Source: Escherichia phage ElsieAttenhofer_Bas105. From it: a DNA stretch of 39,718 nt. Below the pieces are notes generated by a model. The model made no database searches. It was not told the origin of the DNA and saw only the letters and a program-made list of their open reading frames with translations. The position numbers and the translations under genes are program-made. The DNA is taken from the sequence record PQ850601.1. One strand, given 5' to 3'. Shown piece by piece: positions 6,369 through 16,834 of the stretch. Every line of letters starts with the position of its first letter. Position 1 is the first letter of the stretch.

Positions 6369-9050
6369 ATGAGCGTCATCTCTATTGACAAACACGACTT
6401 CTCTGATGTGTCAAACGCCATTGAGCCGTTTAACCTGCTGGCCGACCACTACGGGCAAGACCTTGCAGTCAAACAGCTTCAGCTTGAGCATGAGGCATAC
6501 ACTGAAGGCGAGCGACGTTTCATCAAGAACCTTGAGCGCCAGACCGAGCGCGGGGAACTGGCAGACAATCAGGTCGCCAAGCCTTTGATGCAGACTCTGG
6601 TTCCTAAGATTGCGCAAGCCGTCAAGGAGTGGCACGAAGGTCCAGACGGGAAGCTGTCAACCTCTCGTCCTAGCGTAGCGTTCACCATGTTGAGTACTGA
6701 AGAGAAGGCCGTCAAGGATCGCTCTCTGCGTATCTCTTGCGAGTCTGCTGCGGTCATCATACTGAAGGTCATCCTCTCCAAGCTGGTCAAGCCTGAAGGG
6801 ATACCGATTACACCGATGGCCTCCGCGATAGGTCGCACACTTGAGGATGAAATCCGATTCGGTCGCATTCGTGACAAGGAGAAGGATCACTTCAAGAAGG
6901 CGATAGCAGATAACCTGAACAAGAGAGCCGGGGCATCATACAAGAAAGCCTACATGCAAGCGGTTGAGACCTCCATGTTGGAGCAAGGTCAACTGGAAGA
7001 TGCGTGGGGGACTTGGAGTCCGACCGAGGCTGTCCACGTTGGAATCAAGATGCTTGAGATTGTCATCCAGTCTACACAACTGGTCGAGCTTAAGCGTTAC
7101 GGTGCTGGCAATGCAGCGGCTGACGTTGAGATGGTCCACCTGTCAGACTTCTGGGTCAAGAAGATGGCACAACGCGGCTTCAGCCTTGCGGGTATCGCTC
7201 CAGTCTACCAACCTTGCGTCGTTCCGCCTAAGCCGTGGACTGGTGTCGTAGGCGGTGGGTACTGGGCCAAAGGTCGCAGACCACTCCCACTGATTCGCTT
7301 AGGGTCTAAGTCAGCGGTGGCACGTTACGAAGACGTGTACATGCCTGAAGTCTATGACGCTGTGAATATCATCCAGAATACGCCTTGGAAAGTTAACAAG
7401 AAGGTTCTGGAAGTGGTGAACATGGTCGAGAAGCTGAACAACACGCCTATTGATGACATACCTCAGATGGAACCGCTGAAGCCTGAGGACTATGCGGGTG
7501 AGACTGAAGAGGAACTCAAGGCATGGAAGAAGGCTGCTGCTGGTATCTACCGCCGAGAGAAGGCCAGGCAGTCACGTAGATTGTCACTGAGCTTTATCGT
7601 TAACCAAGCGAACAAGTTCTCTCAGTTCAAGGCCATCTGGTTCCCGTACAACATGGACTGGCGCGGTCGCGTCTACGCTGTGCCGATGTTCAACCCTCAG
7701 GGTAATGACATGCAAAAGGGTCTCCTGACTCTGGCAGTAGGTAAGCCTATTGGTGCTGATGGTTTCAAATGGCTGAAGGTCCACGGTGCAAACTGTGCGG
7801 GTATTGATAAAGTAACCTTCGAGGAGCGCATCAAGTGGGTGGAAGATAACCACGACAACATCATGGCTACCGCTAAGGCACCGATGGACAGCATTGAGTG
7901 GTGGGGCAAGTTAGACTCTCCGTTCTGCTTCCTAGCGTTCTGCTTCGAGTATGCTGGCGTAATGCATCACGGATTGTCTTACTCCTGCTCGCTGCCGATA
8001 GCATTCGATGGGTCCTGCTCTGGGATTCAGCACTTTAGCGCGATGCTTCGTGATCACATCGGTGGACATGCAGTAAACCTGACGCCTTCCGGTAAGGTAC
8101 AAGACATCTACCGCATCGTGTCTGACCGCATTGAGGAAGAGCTTAAAGTCCTGCTGGTTAACGGCACGGACAACGAGATGGTAACTCACGAGGACAAGAA
8201 AACTGGTGAGATTACCGAGCGTCTCAAACTGGGGACACGAGAACTGGCCCGTCAGTGGCTGACTTACGGTATGTCACGTAAGGTCACTAAGCGTTCAGTC
8301 ATGACTCTGGCCTACGGGTCGAAAGAGTACGGCTTCGCAGACCAAGTATACGAGGACATCGTGATGCCTGCGATTGACTCAGGGTCTGGCGCTATGTTCA
8401 CCGAACCAAGCCAAGCGTCCCGCTTCATGGCTAAGATGATTTGGGAAGCTGTGAGCGTGACCGTAGTTGCTGCGGTTGACGCGATGAAGTGGCTTCAAGG
8501 TGCTGCCAAGCTGCTGGCTGCTGAAGTGAAAGACAAGAAGACTGGAGAAATCCTGAAGCCTTGCCTTCCAGTACACTGGGTAACACCTGATGGGTTCCCG
8601 GTCTGGCAGGAATACCGCAAGAAGGATACCACTCGTCTGAACCTGATGTTCTTAGGGTCATTCAACCTTCAGCCTACCGTCAACAAAGGCACTAAGAAAG
8701 AGCTGGATAAGCACAAGCAGGAGTCAGGCATTAGCCCGAACTTCGTCCACTCACAAGATGGTAGCCACCTCCGCAAGACTGTAGTCCACACTCACCGCAA
8801 GTATGGCGTAATGTCATTCGCAGTGATTCACGATAGCTTCGGGACCATCCCGGCTGACGCTGAGTATCTGTTCCGTGGTGTCCGTGAGACGATGGTCGAG
8901 ACCTACCGCGACAACGATGTGCTGCTGGACTTCTACGAGCAGTTTGAATACCAGCTTCATGAGAGCCAGCGCGATAAGTTGCCAGAGCTTCCGAAGAAAG
9001 GTAAACTGAATATCGAAGACATCTTGTCTTCAGACTTTGCATTCGCTTAA
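6369..9050 (+). CDS. Single-subunit DNA-directed RNA polymerase (T7 gene 1 homolog)
   Basis: 893-aa ORF colinear with remembered T7 RNAP (FNPQGNDMxKGLLTLA, motif C VIHDSFGT, C-terminal SDFAFA); specificity-loop region reads GSFNLQPTVNKGTKKELDKHKQ. Confidence 0.97.
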   Translation: MSVISIDKHDFSDVSNAIEPFNLLADHYGQDLAVKQLQLEHEAYTEGERRFIKNLERQTERGELADNQVAKPLMQTLVPKIAQAVKEWHEGPDGKLSTSRPSVAFTMLSTEEKAVKDRSLRISCESAAVIILKVILSKLVKPEGIPITPMASAIGRTLEDEIRFGRIRDKEKDHFKKAIADNLNKRAGASYKKAYMQAVETSMLEQGQLEDAWGTWSPTEAVHVGIKMLEIVIQSTQLVELKRYGAGNAAADVEMVHLSDFWVKKMAQRGFSLAGIAPVYQPCVVPPKPWTGVVGGGYWAKGRRPLPLIRLGSKSAVARYEDVYMPEVYDAVNIIQNTPWKVNKKVLEVVNMVEKLNNTPIDDIPQMEPLKPEDYAGETEEELKAWKKAAAGIYRREKARQSRRLSLSFIVNQANKFSQFKAIWFPYNMDWRGRVYAVPMFNPQGNDMQKGLLTLAVGKPIGADGFKWLKVHGANCAGIDKVTFEERIKWVEDNHDNIMATAKAPMDSIEWWGKLDSPFCFLAFCFEYAGVMHHGLSYSCSLPIAFDGSCSGIQHFSAMLRDHIGGHAVNLTPSGKVQDIYRIVSDRIEEELKVLLVNGTDNEMVTHEDKKTGEITERLKLGTRELARQWLTYGMSRKVTKRSVMTLAYGSKEYGFADQVYEDIVMPAIDSGSGAMFTEPSQASRFMAKMIWEAVSVTVVAAVDAMKWLQGAAKLLAAEVKDKKTGEILKPCLPVHWVTPDGFPVWQEYRKKDTTRLNLMFLGSFNLQPTVNKGTKKELDKHKQESGISPNFVHSQDGSHLRKTVVHTHRKYGVMSFAVIHDSFGTIPADAEYLFRGVRETMVETYRDNDVLLDFYEQFEYQLHESQRDKLPELPKKGKLNIEDILSSDFAFA

Positions 9051-9062
9051 CAGGAGATAGTT

Positions 9063-9278
9063 ATGAAATTTGCACACAAGCAGACAGGCGTTAAGGGTGG
9101 GACTCAAATCGTGACCGTAACAGAACACAACGGCAAGGGTCTGGTGAAGACCACTATCATCCCAACTGAGATGTCCAAGCAGCTTAACATCCCGTTCAAG
9201 ACTCTTGTATATCTGGTCGAGTCCAGCCACGAGAAGTACCTGAAGGACGCAGTGTCCAAGCTGGAGCAGACAAAATGA
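9063..9278 (+). CDS. Hypothetical protein (71 aa)
   Basis: ORF with RBS AGGAGA upstream, directly after gene 1; no recognised motif. Confidence 0.45.
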   Translation: MKFAHKQTGVKGGTQIVTVTEHNGKGLVKTTIIPTEMSKQLNIPFKTLVYLVESSHEKYLKDAVSKLEQTK

Positions 9279-9356
9279 CAGACCTACAGTTACTGGCCCT
9301 GTGGCTTGGAGCACTCGCAATATTCACTTTAATCCAACGCAGAAGAGGTTAACCAT

Positions 9357-9827
9357 ATGTTCGGTAAGTCAAAACTTAAAGCACAAATCAAAGAGTTGAG
9401 CATGAAGGTGGCATACTTGGAGCGAGCCTTAACGGTACGGGATAAGGACAACGAGAGACTGAAGGTTAAACTTGCTGAATCAGAGCGTAAGCGCCTAACG
9501 CCTCCACCGGCTGTAACTGTCAAGCGTATGGTAGGCATCAAGTTCAAGGCACTGTTCAACGGTATGTACCAACCGACTGAGTTCAAGACCGGGCCGGGTA
9601 GCTGTGGGAAGAACGTTAAGCACTTCACCGTATCGAAGACTGAACGTACCATTACCATCCACCAGCACCACGTAGACGGGTCTCAGAAAGACTTTGAGTA
9701 CAGACTGAGCGCCATAGACGGACGCATCCAGTATGACTACGAGCGGGTTAAGGTCTACGGAGAAGAGGCCGAACGTGAGCGATATATTCAGGCATTCATG
9801 CGGGTAAGGCCGCGCATCATCTTCTAA
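9357..9827 (+). CDS. Hypothetical protein (156 aa) with N-terminal coiled-coil
   Basis: ORF between gene 1 and the phi1.1-like promoter; N-terminal heptad-rich charged segment; function unknown. Confidence 0.5.
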   Translation: MFGKSKLKAQIKELSMKVAYLERALTVRDKDNERLKVKLAESERKRLTPPPAVTVKRMVGIKFKALFNGMYQPTEFKTGPGSCGKNVKHFTVSKTERTITIHQHHVDGSQKDFEYRLSAIDGRIQYDYERVKVYGEEAERERYIQAFMRVRPRIIF

Positions 9828-9845
9828 ACTATCACTATAGGATTA
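9823..9845 (+). promoter_or_regulatory. Phage RNAP promoter (phi1.1-like)
   Basis: CTAAACTATCACTATAGGATT; predicted +1 at 9840. Confidence 0.7.
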
Positions 9846-9896
9846 GACTCAAGGTCATGACTCAAAGTCGTGGCCTTCATGATTAACCCTAACTCA
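9843..9896 (+). promoter_or_regulatory. RNase III-type processing stem-loop (R1.1-like), copy 2
   Basis: Stem AGGTCATGAC (9852-9861) / GTCGTGGCCT (9867-9876), loop TCAAA, two G-U pairs; conserved flanks as in copy 1. Confidence 0.5.
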
Positions 9897-9915
9897 TTCA
9901 ATCAGGAGCTACACC

Positions 9916-10095
9916 ATGTATCAGAACACTATCAACTTCGAGCGCATCAGTGAACGTCAGCAGACTGAAGGTTACATTCCTAAGGGCCGCAAGCTGAACA
10001 AGACCAAGCGTGGCGGTGGTGTCAAAGGCGCTTTCCGTAATGCTGAAGGTAAAGACTCTATGGTCAACCAAGAGAAATACTTCGTAGGAGTGTAA
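9916..10095 (+). CDS. Small basic protein (T7 gene 1.1 homolog)
   Basis: 59-aa ORF not in the supplied track; motif KGRKLNKTKR matches remembered T7 gp1.1; RBS AGGAGC upstream. Confidence 0.6.
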   Translation: MYQNTINFERISERQQTEGYIPKGRKLNKTKRGGGVKGAFRNAEGKDSMVNQEKYFVGV

Positions 10096-10098
10096 GTC

Positions 10099-10350
10099 AT
10101 GAGTAAACGATGGTTATTCGACGCATCCCCTAGCCAGTGGTCAGTGTTAGGCCGAACTCACCGCGAGATGAGTGAGGCAGGACTTGATGTCCTAATGGAT
10201 GACTCGCCGTGCTCCGGAAAAACTCTGGTCAGAGTAATTGAAGCAGACGGTGGGAGGCTTCTGGTCTCAAGAGAATTTACCGAAGATGAAATCTTTAGCT
10301 GTGAGCAATGGTGCTTACAACAATTGAACGCTTATAGGAGCTGGAAATAA
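10099..10350 (+). CDS. Gene 1.2-like protein (dGTPase inhibitor family, by position and C-terminal similarity)
   Basis: 83 aa versus 85 aa in T7; C-terminus EQWCLQQLNAYRSWK resembles remembered T7 gp1.2 TDWLNHMYDQLKDWK. Confidence 0.55.
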   Translation: MSKRWLFDASPSQWSVLGRTHREMSEAGLDVLMDDSPCSGKTLVRVIEADGGRLLVSREFTEDEIFSCEQWCLQQLNAYRSWK

Positions 10351-11465
10351 TGACAACTATTAAAACTAACCCGCACCGCGCTGTAGATTACTCTGAGTCT
10401 GGCATTAAGAAAGCACTGGCTGCTGCCGGGTCTCTCGAAGCTGAAGTGAAGTATGATGGTGTCCGGTTGAACCTCCCAGTCTTCCCGACAGGCGAGACCC
10501 AGTGGTTGAGCCGAGAGTCCAAGCCTCTTCCAGCCCTTGAATGGCTATCGGTCCTGACCAGCCTCGATAATATCGTGGAAGACCAGCAGCGCGCTAGCGA
10601 CTGGCGGTGGTTCCTGAAGCAAGCTGGCTATGAGGGGACTGGCCTGATGATTGATGGTGAGGTCATGGTGAAAGGGGTAGACTTCAACACGTCTTCGGGC
10701 CTCATTCGCACGAAGTATGTCAAGTCTAAAAACTGCGCCCTCCACGATGGTGATTGGGACCTCAAGTCCAAGACTACTCAGTTCCGGCTGGACCGAGACC
10801 GTATCAAGGTGGTAGTCTATGGCATCATCGACCTTAACGTCATCCTCGACCCGAAAGCCGAAGGTCCTATCCATAGCGTCACACGCCTGAAGGCCGAAGC
10901 TATCGTCCCTCTACTCCAGAAATACTTCCCGGAAATCGACTGGGTTCTGTCTGAGTCACACACGGTCTATGACCTTGAGTCGCTCAACTCCCTGTACGAA
11001 GAGAAGCGTCTGGAAGGACACGAGGGTCTGGTAGTCAAGGACCCACTTGGCAAATACAAGCGCGGAAAGAAGTCAGGCATGTGGAAAATGAAGCCTGAGG
11101 ATACCATTGATGGTATTGTGGTCGGACTGAATTGGGGGAATGAAGGTCTCGCAAACGAAGGTAAAGTGATTGGGTTCGACGTACTGCTTGAGAACGGTAT
11201 GGTAGTTGCTGCTAACAATATCTCTCAGGCTCTGATGGATGAGTTCACAGAAGCGGTTAAAGCTGAACGCGCCTATATTTGGAATGACTGCATGACTGAT
11301 ATTGAGCGGGAAGAATGTGGTGAGGAATGTCTTGAGGATGTGAACCCCTACAAAGGACATCAATGCGAAGTCTCCTACATGGAGATGACTCCGGATGGTT
11401 CCTTACGTCACCCTAGCTTCAAGTGCTGGCGCGGGACGGAAGATAACCCGACCATTAAGAGCTAA
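10350..11465 (+). CDS. ATP-dependent DNA ligase (T7 gene 1.3 homolog)
   Basis: 371 aa; adenylation motif KYDGVR; extended similarity to remembered T7 ligase (EGHEGLVVKDP, KRGKKSGMWKMKPE, DGSLRHPSF). Confidence 0.93.
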   Translation: MTTIKTNPHRAVDYSESGIKKALAAAGSLEAEVKYDGVRLNLPVFPTGETQWLSRESKPLPALEWLSVLTSLDNIVEDQQRASDWRWFLKQAGYEGTGLMIDGEVMVKGVDFNTSSGLIRTKYVKSKNCALHDGDWDLKSKTTQFRLDRDRIKVVVYGIIDLNVILDPKAEGPIHSVTRLKAEAIVPLLQKYFPEIDWVLSESHTVYDLESLNSLYEEKRLEGHEGLVVKDPLGKYKRGKKSGMWKMKPEDTIDGIVVGLNWGNEGLANEGKVIGFDVLLENGMVVAANNISQALMDEFTEAVKAERAYIWNDCMTDIEREECGEECLEDVNPYKGHQCEVSYMEMTPDGSLRHPSFKCWRGTEDNPTIKS

Positions 11466-11474
11466 CTAAATGTC

Positions 11475-11508
11475 AACCCAGTGGTCTTAGGACTTCTGGG
11501 TTTCTTTG
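11475..11508 (+). terminator. Candidate early terminator (TE-like) after the ligase gene
   Basis: Hairpin CCCAGTGGTC-TTAG-GACTTCTGGG followed by TTTCTTTG; T7 TE lies in the same position. Confidence 0.4.
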
Positions 11509-11529
11509 CGTCTGGGCCACCAGCTAGAC

Positions 11530-11552
11530 CCTAAGCTATCACTATAGGACTA
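11530..11552 (+). promoter_or_regulatory. Phage RNAP promoter
   Basis: CCTAAGCTATCACTATAGGACTA; one mismatch to consensus; +1 at 11547. Confidence 0.6.
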
Positions 11553-11575
11553 CAACCAACAACCAAGGAGACTCT

Positions 11576-11836
11576 ATGTCTAAGAATTTAATGTTCAACC
11601 GTTATTCCAATACCTTCCACCTGTCCAACAACCCGTTCGCTTGCACTAAGCGCAACGAGAAGCTGGGCTACTTCGGGAAGGTAGTTAAGCTGGCACCTAC
11701 AGTCTACGCTCTGATTACTCCGGGCAAAGCTGAAGAGGCTCGCCAGAAGCGTGAGACCAATGTACCCGTGGTCTACACCAAGTGGCCCCGCGTTCGTCTG
11801 TTCGTTGAGTTCGTCAAGGAGGTGGTAAATGGCTAA
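11576..11836 (+). CDS. Hypothetical protein (86 aa), gene 1.5/1.6 position
   Basis: ORF with RBS AAGGAGA upstream; no recognised motif. Confidence 0.45.
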   Translation: MSKNLMFNRYSNTFHLSNNPFACTKRNEKLGYFGKVVKLAPTVYALITPGKAEEARQKRETNVPVVYTKWPRVRLFVEFVKEVVNG

Positions 11837-12164
11837 GCACGAGGAGTGGTGCCGCTCGGTCAATAGCTTCGGTTCGTGCGACTGCGGTGCTGTTACCAGC
11901 ATCATCGCCGCGTGTAGTAAAGATGACGGGGTTCGCAAGCCATCTCACTATCAGGTCTTTGACGGCGTGGAATCCATTGAGATTATCGCACGGTCAATGA
12001 CTGTGAGTGAGTTCCGTGGGTTCTGCATGGGTAACGTCCTGAAGTATCGACTCCGGGCTGGTAAGAAGTCCGAGCTGGCTACTATGGAGAAGGACCTGAA
12101 CAAAGCAGCCTTCTATCAGGAGCTGTTCGACCTGCATAAAGGTAAGTGCTATGCTGCCAAGTGA
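11829..12164 (+). CDS. DUF3310-like small protein at the gene 1.7 position
   Basis: 111 aa; motifs PSHYQ, ESIEII, GNVLKYRLRAGKK recalled as typical of the phage DUF3310 family (from memory, unverified). Confidence 0.45.
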   Translation: MAKHEEWCRSVNSFGSCDCGAVTSIIAACSKDDGVRKPSHYQVFDGVESIEIIARSMTVSEFRGFCMGNVLKYRLRAGKKSELATMEKDLNKAAFYQELFDLHKGKCYAAK

Positions 12165-12242
12165 GTGGTGCCGGGAGATGTATGAGAAGACTCTCAACCC
12201 GGACTACATTACGTTATACAACCAATGGAAGGAGCGCGGTTT

Positions 12243-12401
12243 ATGACTAAGGTTGAGAAGAAATACATCGTGGAGCTTGAGGGTCGCGTTCAGTCCTTCG
12301 AGGTTCCGGTATACGCAAAGTCTCTTGAAGAGGCTACCCTGAAGTCCCAAGAGTATGAGGATGCAGGGTTTGTGGTCGGACGGATTCGTCCTGAGACCTA
12401 A
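12243..12401 (+). CDS. Host RNA polymerase inhibitor (T7 gene 2 homolog)
   Basis: 52-aa ORF not in the supplied track; [52 protein letters not shown] shares SFEVP(I/V)YA...L(D/E)EA...AGF(E/V)V.R(I/V)RP with remembered T7 gp2. Confidence 0.7.
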   Translation: MTKVEKKYIVELEGRVQSFEVPVYAKSLEEATLKSQEYEDAGFVVGRIRPET

Positions 12402-12419
12402 ACTATCACTGTAGGACAG
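12397..12419 (+). promoter_or_regulatory. Phage RNAP promoter (phi2.5-like, variant)
   Basis: CTAAACTATCACTGTAGGACAG; one substitution in the TATA element; +1 at 12414. Confidence 0.55.
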
Positions 12420-12458
12420 ACGTCCAGTTCGTAACTTTAAATTAGGAGATTTACACCG

Positions 12459-13157
12459 ATGGCTAAAGAGCAACTGAAGACTTTCACCACTCCGGTAGCT
12501 GGTATCGTTGAGCCTTACGCATGGCTGAACAAAGCAGACACCAAGTTTAATGAGCGTGGTGAGCATAAGGTTAACCTGACTTTCAGTCTGGATGACCCGA
12601 AGGTCCGTAAGATGATTGATGTCTTACAGAAGATTCACGACGATGCGTATGCGAAAGCACTCGCAGACCACGAGAAGAACCCACCTCAGGTTCAGCGTGG
12701 CAAGAAGCCTATCGAGCCGCGTGAAGGCGATATGCCGTGGATTGAGAATGGGGACGGTACTGTTACCCTGAAGTTTAAATGCTTTGCGTCTTACCTTAAA
12801 GACGGCAAGTCCGAGCCTATCGTATTACGGTTCTACGACACCGATGCTAAACTCATCCGTGACGTCCCGAATATTGGCGCTGGGTCTAAGCTGAAGGTCA
12901 AGTTTAAAGTCCTGCCGTTCAAGTGGAACGCTGCGACTGGTGCAAGCGTTAAGCTCCAGCTTGAGTCCTGCCTTCTGGTAGAACTGAAGGAGTGGAAAGG
13001 TGATGGTTCTGGTGGCGATGGTGGATGGGGTGACGATGAAGACCTCGGCACTGGCTACAAAGCGTCAACCGATGGTGACTTCGGGTCTGATGACTTCGGT
13101 GACGATGGTTCCGAGGGTGGTGACGACTCCGGCTCTGGTGGCGATTACGACTTCTAA
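12459..13157 (+). CDS. Single-stranded DNA-binding protein (T7 gene 2.5 homolog)
   Basis: 232 aa; NPPxVxRGKKP, EGDMP, GSKLKVK, ASVKLQLES match remembered T7 gp2.5; acidic Gly/Asp-rich tail ending in DF. Confidence 0.93.
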   Translation: MAKEQLKTFTTPVAGIVEPYAWLNKADTKFNERGEHKVNLTFSLDDPKVRKMIDVLQKIHDDAYAKALADHEKNPPQVQRGKKPIEPREGDMPWIENGDGTVTLKFKCFASYLKDGKSEPIVLRFYDTDAKLIRDVPNIGAGSKLKVKFKVLPFKWNAATGASVKLQLESCLLVELKEWKGDGSGGDGGWGDDEDLGTGYKASTDGDFGSDDFGDDGSEGGDDSGSGGDYDF

Positions 13158-13612
13158 TGGTCCAATGGTCTGCAAAACGGGGGCACTCTGTGGGTGCCTA
13201 CCGCTCTGGACTTGAAGCCAAGAACCAGCAGTGGCTGGAACAGAACGGCGTCAAAGCGGAGTACGAAAGCCATTATATCAACTATGTGATTCCGGCTTCC
13301 GACCACAAGTACACACCAGACTTTATCCTTCCAAACGGTATCATCGTGGAGACTAAAGGTATCTTCGACAGTGATGACCGTAAGAAGCACCTTCTGGTAC
13401 GAGAACAGCACCCAGAGTTAGACATCCGGTTCGTGTTCTCAAGTTCCCGCTCCAAGTTATACAAAGGGTCTCCGACCACGTATGGCGCATGGTGCGAAAA
13501 GAACGGCTATAAGTATGCCGATAAGTTCATCCCGGTTGAGTGGCTGCGAGAGGCGACTGTACGTCTGCCCTCAGGTATACTCATTCCCAAGAAGAAAGGA
13601 GTTAAGAAATGA
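13157..13612 (+). CDS. Endonuclease I, Holliday junction resolvase (T7 gene 3 homolog)
   Basis: 151 aa; YVIPAS, YTPDF, PNGIIVETKG, DSDDRKKHLLVREQHPELDIRFVFSSSRSKLYKGSPTTYG match remembered T7 gp3. Confidence 0.93.
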   Translation: MVQWSAKRGHSVGAYRSGLEAKNQQWLEQNGVKAEYESHYINYVIPASDHKYTPDFILPNGIIVETKGIFDSDDRKKHLLVREQHPELDIRFVFSSSRSKLYKGSPTTYGAWCEKNGYKYADKFIPVEWLREATVRLPSGILIPKKKGVKK

Positions 13613-14100
13613 GCAAGAAGTTTAAACTGTTAAAAGATGTGTTTGGCTGGCCTCGTGGGACTATCGTTACCGAGTGTGAGAAAGACCCCGCACCAACGTC
13701 AGGAATGACCCTAGTTGAGTGCCAGACTCCAGGAGAATACAAACATGGGTCTAAAGGCCACAATACTCAGCCTGAGGGTATGTGGGGAGCATGGGTCGTT
13801 GATTACAAACTTCAGGAAATCAAGCCGGAAGAGAAACTCACTGGTGTACAGACCACTCAAGTCCTGCCAGCTTCTAGCGTACCACCTGTGACTGTGAAGC
13901 GTGAAGTCCTGACCATCGACAAGATTGGTGTAGGCCAGACGTTCATCGTCCACGGTAAACCTGAGGAAGTGTACGTTAAGATTAGTAACTCACACGTCTT
14001 CAACCATAAGCGCCTCCAGATGCACACCACGGATGCACAGCGCTTCACCCAGCACCTGAATCTGGTGGTCGTAGAATTGGTGGTGTACAATGGTAAGTAA
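13609..14100 (+). CDS. Hypothetical protein (163 aa) inserted between endonuclease I and lysozyme
   Basis: ORF with AAAGGAG RBS, ATGA overlap with gene 3 stop; T7 has no gene here; no recognised motif. Confidence 0.55.
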   Translation: MSKKFKLLKDVFGWPRGTIVTECEKDPAPTSGMTLVECQTPGEYKHGSKGHNTQPEGMWGAWVVDYKLQEIKPEEKLTGVQTTQVLPASSVPPVTVKREVLTIDKIGVGQTFIVHGKPEEVYVKISNSHVFNHKRLQMHTTDAQRFTQHLNLVVVELVVYNGK

Positions 14101-14548
14101 GGTACAGTTCAACCCACGGTCCCGTACTGACGCTATCTTCGTTCACTGTTCGGCTACCAAGCCAGAGATGGACATCGGGGTAGAGACCATCCGTATGTGG
14201 CACAAGCAGCAAGGCTGGCTAGACGTAGGCTACCACTTTATCATCAAGCGCGATGGTACTGTGGAAGAGGGTCGCCCGGTCAATGTCGTAGGGTCACACG
14301 TTAAGGACTGGAACTCACGGTCTGTAGGCGTCTGCCTTGTAGGTGGAATTGACGCTAAGGGTAAGTTTGAAGCTAACTTCACTCCGGCCCAGATGAACTC
14401 CCTGCGCAACAAGCTTGCCGACCTGAAGTCCCTGTATCCTCAGGCAGAAATCAAAGCACACCATGACGTAGCGCCAAAGGCGTGTCCAAGTTTCGACTTA
14501 CAGCGCTGGCTGTCTACCAACGAGCGGGTCACTTCCGACCACGGTTAA
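14090..14548 (+). CDS. N-acetylmuramoyl-L-alanine amidase / T7 lysozyme (gene 3.5 homolog)
   Basis: 152 aa; near-identical blocks TDAIFVHCSATKP, WLDVGYHFIIKRDGTVEEGR, VGVCLVGGID, AHHDVAPKACPSFDL relative to remembered T7 gp3.5. Confidence 0.95.
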   Translation: MVSKVQFNPRSRTDAIFVHCSATKPEMDIGVETIRMWHKQQGWLDVGYHFIIKRDGTVEEGRPVNVVGSHVKDWNSRSVGVCLVGGIDAKGKFEANFTPAQMNSLRNKLADLKSLYPQAEIKAHHDVAPKACPSFDLQRWLSTNERVTSDHG

Positions 14549-14571
14549 TAAACTCCAAAGGAGAACACTAA

Positions 14572-14787
14572 ATGATTAAACTTATCGAATTTCTTGGTCG
14601 TCTGGTGGTGCGTGGTTATCGTCGTGCTGCGGTTATGGAACGAAAGGTAGCAGAGAAGACTGCTGACGGTGCGGCTGATGCTGCTTCTCTGGCTGACAAG
14701 CTGACCATCGCGTCACTGGAAGCTGGCATGAAGGCACGTCAGGCTGACACCAAAGCTGACCAGTTGGCCCAGTTCTTCAAAGCCTAA
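14572..14787 (+). CDS. Hypothetical small protein (71 aa)
   Basis: ORF between lysozyme and primase/helicase; Ala-rich helical sequence; function unknown. Confidence 0.45.
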   Translation: MIKLIEFLGRLVVRGYRRAAVMERKVAEKTADGAADAASLADKLTIASLEAGMKARQADTKADQLAQFFKA

Positions 14788-14805
14788 ACTATCACCTTAG
14801 GGATG
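14783..14805 (+). promoter_or_regulatory. Candidate phage RNAP promoter upstream of gene 4 (divergent variant)
   Basis: CTAAACTATCACCTTAGGGATG; two mismatches in the -4/-2 region; +1 at 14800. Confidence 0.4.
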
Positions 14806-14852
14806 GGACCACGAGTCCTGTCCCTTTGTTCGCATTTGTGATTAAGGAGTGA

Positions 14853-16598
<1,746 letters not shown>

Positions 16599-16599
<1 letters not shown>

Positions 16600-16763
16600 T
16601 GTTAAATAAACTTAAAGCTCGATACCATCGGTTCATGTACAAATGGTGGAGCGATGAAGCAACCTACCTGTCGAACATTCTGGGAGACCAGCGGTTCAAC
16701 TCTGAGGCATGGAAGAAAGCTAACCGGAAGTTCATATATCACTTCTTGCGTACAGACTACTAA
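16599..16763 (+). CDS. Small hypothetical protein (54 aa, GTG start)
   Basis: GTG with GGAGG 8 nt upstream; translation VLNKLKARYHRFMYKWWSDEATYLSNILGDQRFNSEAWKKANRKFIYHFLRTDY; lies between gene 4 and the next promoter. Confidence 0.35.
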
Positions 16764-16781
16764 GCTATCACTGTAGGATAG
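16759..16781 (+). promoter_or_regulatory. Phage RNAP promoter (variant)
   Basis: ACTAAGCTATCACTGTAGGATAG; +1 at 16776. Confidence 0.5.
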
Positions 16782-16825
16782 ACTCAAGGTCATTCATTTC
16801 GAGTGGCCTTTATGATTAGACTATA
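16779..16825 (+). promoter_or_regulatory. RNase III-type processing stem-loop, copy 3
   Basis: Stem AAGGTCATTC (16786-16795) / GAGTGGCCTT (16801-16810), loop ATTTC; conserved flank TAGACTCAAGG. Confidence 0.5.
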
Positions 16826-16834
16826 GGAGACATT

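Noticed and set aside
6385-7251. Alternate-frame ORFs inside the RNA polymerase gene (6385-6588, 6964-7251)
   Set aside because: Overlap a highly conserved gene in the wrong frame, with no RBS.
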